Assembly (NCBI GenBank): GCA_965178125.1
Contig: OZ237738.1
Coordinates: 558,001-622,000 of the forward strand
Source: Bilabrum cf. latius
Lineage: Eukaryota
DNA: 64,000 nucleotides
Reading direction: 5' to 3'
The translations under genes were made by a program, and so were the position numbers. The notes under the pieces were generated by a model, which made no database searches, had not been told where the DNA came from, and was given only the letters and a program-made list of their open reading frames with translations. Below, piece after piece: positions 40,376 through 52,409 of this stretch. Each line of letters starts with the position of its first letter. Position 1 is the stretch's first letter.

Positions 40376-41523
40376 ATGGCAGCAGCAGGTGGTTCCAGCG
40401 ATGACGCGCCACCGAAGGGGTCAGCCCCTACGCAACCAGCACTCGAGAAAAAATATGAGCTGGAGCACCCCGACGGAACAAGTGATATCCTTTCCACTGT
40501 GAGCAGAATGTGCTGCGATACTTGCTAGGCTATCGTGCTACATGATTGAATCCAACTGTCCGATCTTGTTTCATACTGGGAGGCGTAAAGTGCCCTTTCA
40601 TTCACAAACATTTGCAGTACGAGGCCAAAGGTCGCATGAAAGGCAAGGTAGTGCTGGTAACCGGTGGTTCCCAGGCCATTGGCAAAACTATCGTTGAGGT
40701 TCTTGCTCTTGAAGGGGCCTCCGTGTACTTTTGCAGCCGGCGCAAGGAGCAAGGGGAAGAAGTGCGGAAGGCTCTCAATGCAGAGCTTGTCAAGCGCGGC
40801 GAGACTGAGCGTGCATTTTACCAGAGCGTCGACGTGGGCAAGGAGGAGCAGCTCAAGAGCTGGATCGACTCTGTCGGGGAGAAGGAAGGCAGAATCGACT
40901 CGATCATCCCGAATGCGGCTGCTTTCGTGTTCGGCCATATCGAGGACGTGACGACCGCTGATTGGGAAAAAATCCTCAAGGTTAACGTAATCGGGTATGC
41001 CAACTGCACCAAGTTCTCGCTGCCGTACATGCGCCGGGCGGGCAAGGGCAGCGTAGTGAACGTGGCCTCAATCAGCTCGCACGTCGCTCAGCCGTCCTTC
41101 ACGCCGTACAACACGTCCAAGGGTGCTATCATGCAGATGACCCGGTGCATGGCCATGGATCTAGGGCCGGAGAACATTCGAGTGAGACGCTTGCTCGGTT
41201 TGTGCCGACCACCTCGGGCTCCAGCTGCTGGCCACCTCGAATCTTTCGACCGCGATTCACCTTGCCTCCTTGAATGTTTCCCGCCGCCGCAGGTGAACGC
41301 CCTGTGCCCAGGCACCATTGACACGCCGGCCACCTCCCTGCACGCCGCCAAGCTGGGCCTTACCAAGGCAGAGCTGGTCAAGGACACTGTCAAGGCGCAC
41401 TTCATCAAGAGGCTGGGGTCCACCCTGGACTGCGCGCAGGCGGCTCTTTTCTTGGCTTCGGACGAGAGCAGCTTTGTGACTGGCACTTTCCTGATGCTGG
41501 ATGGGGGGTACACGGCGCATTGA
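40376..41523 (+). CDS. Short-chain dehydrogenase/reductase (classical SDR), 3 exons
   Basis: Exons 40376-40498, 40618-41181 and 41293-41523. Motifs are VVLVTGGSQAIG, NAA, VNVASIS, YNTSKGA (YxxxK), IR|VNALCPG, and FLASDESSFVTG..DGG. The IR|VNALCPG motif is restored by removing the 111-nt intron. No TAG. Stop is TGA. Confidence 0.9.
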
Positions 41524-41664
41524 GGCGGATCTTGGGTCGTTCTGTAGCCCGACCGTGAGTGGCACGGCGCCTTGCACGCAGTTGATGAGGTGAAGGGTTG
41601 CACTGGTGTTAATCTTTGTTCTTTCTAGTTGGGGTTGCTTTCATCCATCCAATCATCAATGCAT

Positions 41665-44600
41665 TCATGACCCGCCGGGACCTCCGAGCGAGTCACCGTC
41701 ATACCCTGCCATCTTGATCAGCTCGTCCGTCGACATACCCGCCGATGCACTCCCTGCTCCCGGCGGCTAGCGAGCGGCAAGCTGCGGCGACGCTTGTGCG
41801 CCCACGCCCGGCGCAGTCAGAGACGCCAGCGCGTCGCTTGTGGCGCTCGTGCCCGACTGCTCTATGGAGCGCACGCTCTCATACGAGTTCAGCGGCGCCC
41901 TCGGCCTTGCCAGCCTGGCACCCAAACCGTGCGCACCATCCGCGTCGTCGTCGGCATCCCAGCTGCTGGCCTCTGGAGACTGGCCGGAAACGGACCCGAC
42001 AGATGGAGGCGACGCGGCTCCTGTTCCAGCACTCACTGCTACTGCCATACCATCTTCGTCCCGCCCCTGTGCCCTGCCAGTGGCCTGTCCGTGCACGCCG
42101 CCGCTGCGCTCCCTGCTGACTCCCCGCGTCGTCGACTTGGAGGCAGAATCATCTGTGGATGTAGCCACAGAAGCGGCATCGGCGGTTCTGCTGCGGCCTT
42201 CCCGCTGCCGCACCTCGAGGGCTCGTGGCGAGATCTTGGGAGAGGACACGCGGGTCATGGCCGCTGATGATGCGCTCTGCGCGTCTTCTTCAGGCTAGGG
42301 CGAACCCCTGTTCAAGGACCGCCACGACGGCTGCCGCGACTGCGGGTCTGCCGCATGTGGCCGGCGCGGGGCATCATCCCGGTCTTCATCGCGCTTGCTG
42401 GAGGCAGATGATGCTGCGGAGGAGCGCAGGTCGGTACCCGGCGGCGCCTCGAGGCCATCCCCGCTGCCACCGCCTGGAAACCTGCTCCTGGTCACAGGCA
42501 CGCTCGGTGCTGTCGATTCAGCGGCAGATCCGTGGCCCCCAAGTAGAGACCTGCTGCTGGCTCGGCGGGGCGAGCCCAGCCCGCCCACGGAGCGCCGCCT
42601 CGAAGAGCCCCTCGTTGGTGAAGCTGCCTGCGCGGCCTGGCTGCGCTCCTCCCTGCTGCCTCCACCCGCGGCGATGCTGCGCCTAGAGCCATTCCCGGCC
42701 TGTCCTGCCTGTCTCAGGGACTGGAGCCGCGGTCCGTCGTCTGCTCCATCTGCATTGAGCTGCTTCGCCTAGTCTCTCGCGGCTGCCGCCGCACTCGCCA
42801 TGTCATCGTGCGCCTGTCTCGCCGCCCTCACCTCGGCCGTGGGCGCCAATGAACCGAGCGCTGGCCGCAATCGGCCGAGCGCGTCCTCCACATCAGCCAC
42901 GGCGTCTTCTCTGGCCGCCGCGTGCTCGTCCTCGTCAATGCTGCCGCGCCGACCGGCGCTTCTGGCCAGCCGTTTGGCCTCCCTTGCGGATACAGGTGCC
43001 ACTGAATCGGCTGGTCTCGGTTTCTGCCGTTGCCTGATCGCCTGCATCGCGGCCTTCTCCTGGTCTGACAGCGTCCTCTGCTCGTCTGCACCCAGCTGAC
43101 CGCACCGCAGCAGCACGGCATCGGCTGCGACCCTCCTGGACTCGCGGATCTCCCGCGGGTCCGGGTGCGGAAACCTTGCGCGAAGACCGGGCAGGAACGG
43201 CCCACCGAGCTCGTCGTCAGGAATCTCAGAGTCGTCAGGTAGGCTGGCATCGTCGGGCTCTGGCACCTGGGTGGGGTCATCGACTATACCGGCGCCCACC
43301 AGCCCGATCAGGTGCTGCACGTGCTCTGACGGCACCGTATCCCCCCTTGCATCCGTGGATGTAGCAGTCAGCAGCTTCGCTCTCCTCTCCGCAGCACCCA
43401 TCAGAGGACCCCCGTCAGTATCCCGCGCGGCTTCTGCGTCTTCTAGGTCCTCGTAGGCTGCGGAGGACGGAAGTACCTTTGTGCCCAGCAGCATCTCTGC
43501 GGTGCGGCCCTGCACCCGGCCTTCCCCAACGGCCTGCCTGTACCGAGGCAGCACCTCCCGATCCACAACGTCGTTGGAGCGTGTCACGGCAAGCCTGGGC
43601 GCCGGCCTGTGAGTGAAAAGCCCCGAGCGATCCGCAGTGGCACCGTCCTGCAGACCCACCTCTGTCCACTCGGCACCGGTCGCAGAGGTGCCCCGCTGCC
43701 TCGTGCTGATGCAGAGGTCCCAGAAACGAAGACCGAACGGCCACTGCGACTCCCTCTGGAACTGCTGTCTCAGCTCTCCAACCGTGGTCTCTGGCCGAAC
43801 CGTCAGCTGGCATTCGTAGTGCGCATCAGAGGTGCCATCCCCATCTGCGGTTGCAGGTGCTGCGGCCGCCCGGAGAATGTCCCGCGTGCTTGATCGGAGC
43901 CGGAGCGTCCACTCCTCAGGAGCCCTGACTTCCCACACCCTGCACTCGTGGATGCGCTGTCCAGTGGTGGAGTCGTACCATTCAACCTCGTCGTCCAGAT
44001 CGCCCTCTAGCTCGGCCGAGCTCCCTGCTGCTGAAGACGTAGCGCCAACACTACCGTCCTAGCCAGCACCCCGGGGCAGCTGTCCTCTAGTCAGCCGCGG
44101 CAGCTCTACCGTTCTCTGCCGGATCTGAGTCCCAGCGGGCAACAGGCCTGTCCAGCCCCTCAGCGCGTCAGGCAGCCCACCGTTCGCGCCGCTACTTTCA
44201 GCCTAGGCCTAGCCATCGACTTCCTGCTGCTGCTGCTGCTGCGCATCCTGCTCCCTCAGGGTGGTGTAACCACCAGCCCAGCTGCGCCAGGGGGCTTTCT
44301 TTCCGCCCAGGGCGGGTGTTGCAGGCAGGACGCTCCAACGGGTCTGCCTCACGTCAAAGGTCGACAGCACCTCGTGAGTACGAGCATCGTCCTCTTGCCG
44401 CATCGATTCTGGCAGCTGCTTGTCGCGCAGCCGTGCGCCTGGCTGCATGAACCGGTCTGGGTTCACGGACAGCGCTGGTGGGGGTACCTTCTGCGTAGAG
44501 GCAGCAGCAGCGCGCTCCGGCTCGCGAATCGGCGACTGGACGGGCTCCTCCACCTCGAGCGGAGAAGGGGGCCGCTTCGGAGACGCGGGCCTGGGCGCGG

Positions 44601-46527
44601 GGGCGGGGGCCGGGGCGGGCGCCGGGGCATGCGTCATCACGGTCCGCGTGGATTGTTGCGGTGCCGCCTGTCGCGCGAGCTCGAGGAGCCTCAGGAGCTC
44701 CCTGATTCTCTCGTGCAGCCGCTTCAGCTCCGCTTCGTAGTCCTGGCGGTTGCTCTTGAGTTGCGTGGTGTGAGCTGCCTGCATCTCGCGGAGCCTGCTC
44801 CGCAGGTCCTCCACGGTTTCCTGCAGCGTCTTGACAAGCTCTCTCTGGTCAGGCGGAGGCGGTTCCTGCTCTTCGTCGGGCAGCTGGGTGGGCCACTCCT
44901 CGTCCGTCTGCACGGCAATCTGGTGAGACCCCTCGTCCTTCACCATCGCGCCGGCCCCGCTGCGGGCCCGGGCGGCGTCCTCTAGCTCCCGCAGCTTTGC
45001 GCGGAGCCGCCTAGCCTCTGCCTCCGCGGTCGTCCTCGAGTCTTTCTCGTCCTCGAGCGCAGATTTGAGTCCCCTGACCTCCGCTCGGAGCGCCTCGATG
45101 GTGTCAGCGCTCTCGTCCATGGCAAGTCGGCGGGCATGCCGCGCCCTGTCATCAGCCTCGGCCGCTTCCCGCTGCAGCTCCCGCACCTGCCCTCGCAGCT
45201 GCGCCACAAGCTGCTCGTCCTGCCCAGATGCCTGGCTACTGCTCATCGCGACCGAGGCTCGCACAGACGCGCCGGCAGCAGCCGCGCCGCTGTTCGCCAG
45301 CTCATGACGGACCGCGGCGAGGTCTGCCCGCAGGCGGTCAGCCTCGGCCTGCGAATCCCGGAGCCGCCTCTCGAGCCCGTCCCTGGCTCCCTCCGCATCG
45401 GCCAGCTTCCGCCTGAGACCCCCGGACTCCTCGCGCTCCCTGCGCAGATCCGCTTCCAGCTCCCCGATCCGTCGTTTCAGAGAATCAACGACTTCCTGCG
45501 GGACATCTCTGGGTGCTGCAGGGGCGGCGCTCAGCTGCTGGGCCGGTGGTCTCTGTGCCTGCAGCAGCATCTGTTTGGCCGCCACGCGCGCCTTGCACTC
45601 CTCCAGCTGCCTTGCCTTCCGCCTGGCCTCTTTGCGCACCCTGCGGGCCTCTGCGCGCATGTCCTTGGCTCTGCGCTCCATGTCGCTCGCCCTGTGCATC
45701 GCACGGTCGCGCCGGGCTCCGAGTCCTTCCACGTGGCCCTGCAGCACGCCCTGCACGTGCAGCATGTACTCTATGCACAGCTGCGTGTAACCGAAGAGCT
45801 TGCTGGCCCCTGGCTTCACGCGATCTGCCGCTATGGCGTCCTCTTCTTTGATTCGACCGAACGTCAGCTGTGCAAGGGCTTTCTGCAGGGCATCCACGTC
45901 GCCCCGCCGAGCGATCCCGGCCGGATCTAGGGCAGACAGCTCGTCTACGTTCAATGGCGACTCCCTAGGCTAAAACTTGAAGGTCGGTGGAAGCAATGAT
46001 GTGGGGTGTCTGCTAATCTCCGCAGCGGATGATCGTAGAGCATCGAAGCCGAATGACAGGACAGGGGTTGGCCCTACCTAGGCCAGCTGCTTTGGGTACG
46101 CCGAGGATACAGCCCCGCCTGCCGTAGGTTCGCCCTTTCCGTGGATCAAACCAGATGTGTCACTATTTTGGTCTTCCATCATTGCTGAGCGCGCATCAGC
46201 TTCACCCGCTGCCATCGCAGCAGACCGCGATGTTCGCCTCGACGTTGCCGCACTAACTCCGAGGTTGCCCCGGCCTCCAAACAATTCTCTTCCGTCACTA
46301 CCACGAGATTCACGCGATTCACCTGTAGAAGGAGCCAATTCATCCTAGCTAATTGTTCCTTTACCTCCTGGTGCCCTCGGAATAGCAGGAGTTGCACCTA
46401 CCGACCGCACCCCAGCGGCCCCGAACGCACCTGGATCCGCCGTTCCGCCGAACTTCGGTGAGCTGCGTCCAGACTGTACTCTACTACCAATGTTGTCTCC
46501 CTCCCCTTCCTTTCCTTCCGAATCCAT
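41665..46527 (-). CDS. DZIP1/Iguana-like N-terminal domain protein with coiled coil (about 1620 aa)
   Basis: Six track fragments share one frame, joined across nine TAG (46345, 46078, 45970, 44209, 44203, 44059, 42769, 42295, 41767). Stop is TGA 41665-41667. PTFKF*PRES..LSALD..DVDALQ..LTFG..KLFGYTQLCIEYMLHVQ matches the Dzip-like_N pattern. Confidence 0.8.
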
Positions 46528-46736
46528 GCTTATTCTCAGGCACAATTGGCTCAAAAAGATGCCTTTTCTCAACGGTCCTCATTGTAGCGTGCTGTCTGAC
46601 TACACAAAATGGAATTCTGGAAACGGCCTCTCACACGAACCGTGAGACGTGGCAAATGCTCCTTAGCTGATGGATTGGTTCATTTTGTCTATGTAATTCT
46701 TTCGACGAAAGTGGCTACCGCATGCCGCTGCCTTCC

Positions 46737-48122
46737 TCACACGAACTCGATGCCCTCGTACTTGTGGGCGCCCGGGATGGCGGTTTCCTCCAAGAGCACG
46801 TTCCCGTCCATGTCAAACACCGTGATGTAGGAACCCTATGTACCCAAAGCCGCGTTCTCCTCGCTCTTGAGAGCTACCACCACGTGCTCACTGCTGCCCG
46901 GCACGAATTTTGCCGAGCTGAACCCACGCTCGGGAGTGAGCGTGCCCACCTTGAAGCTGCGGATGTTGGAGAAATCTCGGGAGCACGTGATCACGGTGTT
47001 GGCGCCCTTCTTCTCGTCCACAGTATCGTCGTACTTCTCGTGGCTCATGCGCCTCGGCAGGAACACCCACTGCTGTCGCTTGGCAGACCAAAGGGCAGTC
47101 TCGTGGAGCAAGTACGCCGGGTGCTCGTACCCCAGCTGCCTTCGCATCGCCGCATAGTTGCTTGTCCAGTCCACGTGGGAAAGCCTGCCGTCCGGGGTGA
47201 ACACCTTCACCCACATGTTGTTCCGGTTTAGAATGTTGCCATCGTTGTCGGTGTACTCCTTCCCGAAGCTGCCCACGAGCATGAGCCCGTCCTTCTCGGC
47301 CATCCACTCGCACTTGAAGCCCTTGTCAGTGTCCCCCGAGCCTTCCATCATGATGTGGCGAGGGTAGGCCACGGGCTGCGGGCCCCCCGGCGCGGAAGGG
47401 TCGTAGCCCACAACCTCGAACAGGATCCCAGACCTGTCGTCGCACGTGTACAGCTTTCCATCGTATTTAATCAGTTCGGAAAGCTCCATACCCCTTCCCT
47501 TCTCGCCGTGCTGCGACAGAATTGAGCGGGTAGACTGCTTGCACCGGCACGGTTGCTAGGCTGCGCAGTGTATCCCCCCGACGACCGCAGACGCGGCAGG
47601 CAAGTTCGGTAGAAATGAGCCCGGCAGGCAGAATCATATAATACTCACACCAGTCTCCAGCTGGAAATCCGTGCCCCACTCAACCGAGAATTGGCCGCTG
47701 GAGTCTCGGACGAGCTCGGCGTACTTCAAGGTGCTGTGCCATGAAGGCTTCCCCTTCGCCGCCGCCTCTTTATCTTTGGAGTCATGATCCAGGTCGGTGA
47801 TGATAGCGAACTTCAGTCGCGGTGGGATCGATTTGGGCCCATCACCCTGCGTGGATAAGACATGGTGTGCAGCTAGCGAGGAACCAGTGCAAGTAACGCT
47901 GCGTATAGAGCGGGGACAACTCGCGAGACCAAGATGAATCCTCACTCGAAGAGAAGATGATGAACTTCCATCACCTGAAAGCATTGCGTAAGGAATAATG
48001 ATTAGCAAAATTACAACGACTGCAGCGATAGCCCAGGTAGGGGCCTGCTACGGAAGCTTTATGGCAGAAGCATGCCCCGGCTTGAAATTACGGGCATCGT
48101 TCTGCTGCCCTCGAGTGTCCAT
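46737..48122 (-). CDS. CANT1: Soluble calcium-activated nucleotidase (CANT1-type apyrase), 3 exons, N-terminal TM anchor
   Basis: Exons 48122-47946, 47846-47649 and 47510-46737. Motifs are IITDLD, GRGMELSEL, DDRSG, KGFKCEW, GKEYT, YLLHE, FLPRR, GFSSAKFVPG and ALKSEE. The family C-terminus KYEGIEFV lies downstream of the in-frame TAG at 46836. A second TAG is at 48048. Stop is TGA. Confidence 0.92.
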
Positions 48123-48340
48123 ACTAATTCTAGTAGCTCAATAGCTCGTTTCTTGACCAAGAGTCTGCTCAGACCTGGCAACGTGTGGGAAGCACTGAGT
48201 ACGGTTTCGCGGCCGACGATAGCGTGTTGTTAGCTGGAGCAGAGCGCGGCCAGCACTCCAGCCGGCCTGGTGCTTCGCTGTTCGCCAACTCGACAGTTAG
48301 TTGCTCGATTACCTGCTATAAATAGTAACCTACACTAACG

Positions 48341-51300
48341 ATGCCCCAAAAGAGGCGTGCGTCGTCATCACCGAAACGGATCGCGCCCAACGGACGTTTC
48401 AAGCGGAAGCACAATAAGGCTCGACAAAGGAAATCTAGAGCGCGTACAGCGTAGCAGAGCAAGGTTTCAAGCCACAAGCGAGACGTGGGTCCAGGAGCTC
48501 CTCCAGGCATGGTATCACGGCACTCAAATCGACTGCAGCGTCTAGAGCGAGTGAAAGGGCTGTCCGAAAGGCTCGTACAAAGCGGTGTCGTGGATTCTCG
48601 CATGCAGGCACAACTTGAGCTCGAAATATGGGCTACAATGAATGCAGACACGCAAGGCCGAATGGCGTAGAGGTCAGTAGCGGCCTTGCGGGACGAGCTG
48701 AGCAAACCTGTCCGATCACCCCTGAGGCGGCGCGCCGATCGAGGCCGAATGGTGATGAGCAAGGACGGTTTGATCCCAGAAGAAGCGGCTGAGGCCGCAC
48801 AGCTCATCAGGACTGCGCAGCTGCTGGATAGAGCAACCCGAGCTGCGGCCACACGCAGCGTGCACCTGTCGCGGGCAACCACTGCGGCTGGCAGACCATA
48901 TACCGTTCACGCCACTACGGCTGCAGCCGGAAGTACCCCATGCACGCCCATGCATGGTGCACAGATTCACACTGCCGGTAGGGATGTTGGCGAGCGTTCC
49001 GTTCCGCGTGCGTACCCTGAGGGTCTTGGTCGAGGGCCGCCGCAAGAACAGAGCACGGTCGGCTTGCCGCCTCATGGCGCTGTTCACTCTGACTTGTCCC
49101 AAAGGTCTCTAATGCTCGCTTCAGCTCAACGGAGAAGTGACATTGGAGCGCTTCATGATGCAGACGTGAAACTGAGGCGGGAGCTCCGAAGGGCTCGCCC
49201 GGCCACGCACTCGGAGGCAGAGGCATGGCGAGTGCTCGGTCCCTTGCCAATCGGCCCTCGGCTGAGAAAAAGACGGTAGAAGCTCAACTCTGCATCAAGT
49301 AGTGCTGCGTATAATTTCGATTATACTGGTGGCGAGCATGATGCCTTCTACCGCCGCACGGGTGCCAGCGGCCCGGTGCCAGGGGGCGACGCCGGTTCAG
49401 GGCAAGGCAGCGCCCCGCTGTCCGCGCCAGAGGGACCACCCGATTCTCAGGGCTCGATACGCTCCCCTATTCCTTCGTAGGATGTTCTGGGCCCGGCCGC
49501 GTCCATTCCCTCTCTCTTTGGGCTGGAGTCGGTGTCCGGTAGCGTTCTGCTTGGATTGGACGAAGGCGACACAGGCGGGGAGCGCTCCCTTGTGCGCGGC
49601 ACGAGACTGCTTGCAAGGGCCGCAGCGCTGGCGCAGGCCGAGGCAGATTCAGGATTAAATGTGCGCCCGCAATCGCAGCCCGATGTCTACAGGGAATCTT
49701 CCTCTTTGGACCGGCCCTCAACCGCAACGATGGTGGACAGCCTCGGCATCCGAAACCCACGGATCCGGAGGCTAGCCAGCAGAAAGGAAGGACTTCCCAG
49801 CAGAAGCCAGATTCTGCAAGAGCTATCCAGCAGCAAGTCAGGGACTGCGCCGAGTAGCGAGGCCGTATCTTTGCGCCTGTCTGGACTGCCAGTGGGAGGC
49901 AGAGTACCACCCATGTCGCCGATCCGCAAACCTCAGCGGCCCGGCGGCGTCAAGCAGCAGACTCGAAGAGGCGAAAAATCAGGTAAAGGTCGACGGAGTA
50001 AGCACGCTAACCGACAAAGTAGTCATCGGAAGCAGAACAATAAGGCGCCAGCCACCGTTGCAGCCGGCAGCCGCGCGCGCCGGCAACCAGGCAAGCACCC
50101 TGCGAGCAGCCGTTAGCGAGCGAGCACCCACACTCAATCTCCTGTCCGTGCATCAGCACTGGACGAGCCTACACCGATGTCCACCGGTGACTGGAAGGCA
50201 GCGGTCAGCCTGCTGGAGGAGTCGCCCGAGTCGCGCTCTCGGGTCGCATCGTCTTCTAGCGGGCGAGATTCTCCGCAGGCTGGTATGGTTGCAACGCTGA
50301 ACAAGCTTGAAGGACTGGACGCCGATGGGACCGTGGCAACTGGTAACTCAAGGCGCCTTCCAGCGGTGCCGCGACTGCAACTCCGGCAGGGTGGCGGCGG
50401 CCGCGGCTCGGGTACAGCAGGCACAGCTGCAGTACCGCAAGAAGATAGGCGGAAATCAAGAGATTTAGTTCCCTCGAAGAATTCAGGCGGGAAGCAGAGG
50501 AAGTCTTCAAAGAGCAAGCGGCGACCACCCAGCCATGTAGACGACACGAAGCAGGTAGCGACTGACATGGCAGGGCATGCCCATAGGCAGGTAGACCACG
50601 GGAGCGGCGAGCATGGCGCAGCCTTACTAGTGCAACTGCGGGCCCCGTCTCTCACGACGACCAACAGTGTGCGGTCTTAGCCAGGTAGCTCGCTGCAGCA
50701 CGACTCGCTTCCGCCGGGTGTCGAAGCATCATAGTCCAAGCCCGATCCCTAGGATGACGCGGCTAAAGCAAGCAGTATGACCAAAGTCCTCGATTGTCGC
50801 GTTGAGGACGGCAACACTAGTACCACTGACCAGCCGGATGGAGCAACGGAGGAGAAGCAAGACAGGGCAGCTCGCAAGCAAGCCGAGAAGGAGAAGGAGG
50901 CAGCTCGCAAGCAAGCCGAGAAGGAGAAGGAGGCAGCTCGCAAGCAAGCCGAGAAGGAGAAGGCAGCTCGCAAGCAAGCCGAGAAGGAGAAGGAGGCAGC
51001 TCGCAAGCAAGCCGAGAAGGAGAAGGAGGAGGCAGCTCGCAAGCAAGCCGAGAAGGAGGAGGACAAGGATGAGGCAGCTCGCAAGCAAGCCGAGAAGGAG
51101 AAGGAGGAGAAGGAGGAGGCAGCTCGCAAGCAAGCCGAGAAGGAGAAGGAGGCAGCTCGCAAGCAGGCCGAGAAGGAGAAGGAGGCAGCTCGCAAGCAAG
51201 CCGAGAAGGAGAAGGAGGCAGCTCGCAAGCAGGCCGAGAAGGAGAAGGAGGCAGCTCGCAAGCAAGCCGAGGAGGACAAGGATGAGGCAGCTCGCAAGCA

Positions 51301-51817
51301 GGCCGAGAAGGAGAAGGAGGCAGCTCGCAAGCAAGCCGAGAAGGAGAAGGAGGAGGAGGAGGAGGCAGCTCGCAAGCAAGCCGAGAAGGAGAAGGAGGCA
51401 GCTCGCAAGCAAGCTGAGAAGGAGGAGGAGGAGGCTCAGAAGCAGGCCGAGAAGGAGGAGGCTGGCCACAGCACTCAAGAGCAGAGATCGCCGTCGGTGG
51501 CAGCTGCCCGAGTTGCACTCGATGACAGCTCGAGCCCGGACGGCTCAAAATCGGCGAAGATATCAAGGCCCGAGTCCAAAAAGCATGGAGACCACAAAGG
51601 AGAGCCCCGATTGCGAGATAGCGCCGAAGACCGGGAGCTGAGAAAACAGAAGAAGCGCAAGCAGGTCACGGAGGCCACCCGTCCCAGTGAAGAGCGACCC
51701 AAGAGCAAGAAGTCCAAGCGAAGCAAGCAAAGCAAGGAGGGCACGGACGCGAGCGAGGAGCACAAGTCCTCCAAGAAGCACAAGAAGAGCAAGAAGAGCA
51801 AGAAGAAGGGCCGGTGA
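48341..51817 (+). CDS. Hypothetical low-complexity protein (about 1158 aa) with charged tandem repeat and Lys-rich tail
   Basis: Five track fragments share one + frame. ATG 48341 to TGA 51815-51817 with eight TAG (48452, 48668, 49277, 49478, 50114, 50678, 50732, 50750). No recognisable domain. Confidence 0.68.
50867..51460 (+). repeat. Coding minisatellite, about 33-bp unit GAGAAGGAGAAGGAGGCAGCTCGCAAGCA(A/G)GCC (EKEKEAARKQA)
   Basis: Sixteen AARKQA cores plus one degenerate copy. The E/K/D linkers vary in length by whole codons. Confidence 0.95.
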
Positions 51818-52409
51818 GAGTGGATCAGAGTCGCGGGCTAGGCCAGATCGAATGGTCGTTCCTGGCCCGGTCAGCATCGCCAGTTTGACTGCACGGTTCC
51901 AGTCTCCCAATACGGCTCGAATTGATTGGTCCTACGATGTGCGCGATTGCAGAGCAGTCCTAGCAGGTCTTGTGGCACTACGCGTCCGTGCAGCAATGGG
52001 AGCCTCTACAGGCCAGCGCACCGATTTCCTTGTGAGCTGCGGCCCCGGCGGTACGTTCAAGTTTCTTGAGTTGAGAGCAATCCCAAAATTTACCTCGGGC
52101 CTCGAGATATGAATGACAGAATTGGAATCAAGCGTCGAGATGGGTGGACAATCACGAAATGGACCTTGATCTTTCCACGCAGTCAAACACTGGCGGTGCT
52201 CATGAACCTTAGAAAGGATCGTCACATAATCATTGGACCCATATGTGCTACAGCTTCGCACTGCACTTGCCTATAGGTATCTGATGGTGATACTCCAACA
52301 GGCAAAGAAGGAGACACCCCTACAGGCAAGTGAAGAACGCTGCTGCACACCCGTAGCAGCGTGGCAGGAAGCGGCTGCAGTGGCCGCCGCGACTTCATGG
52401 GAGGCTGCA

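Noticed and set aside
39860-40404. Short ORFs in the dynein-SDR divergent gap, including a signal-peptide-like 40046-40270
   Set aside because: They are short and AT-richer, with no homology cues, so more likely promoter or UTR sequence. A small gene cannot be excluded.
1-46527. A ciliary gene cluster (kinesin-4, MORN protein, dynein, DZIP1-like)
   Set aside because: These genes are interspersed with unrelated housekeeping genes, and ciliary genes are numerous in flagellates, so co-occurrence in 64 kb is unremarkable.
50729-51641. Poly-Leu, poly-Arg and PPSPSRLACEL ORFs over the repeat; CRISPR-like appearance
   Set aside because: These are alternative frames of the coding minisatellite. The units are contiguous, with no unique spacers and no cas genes.
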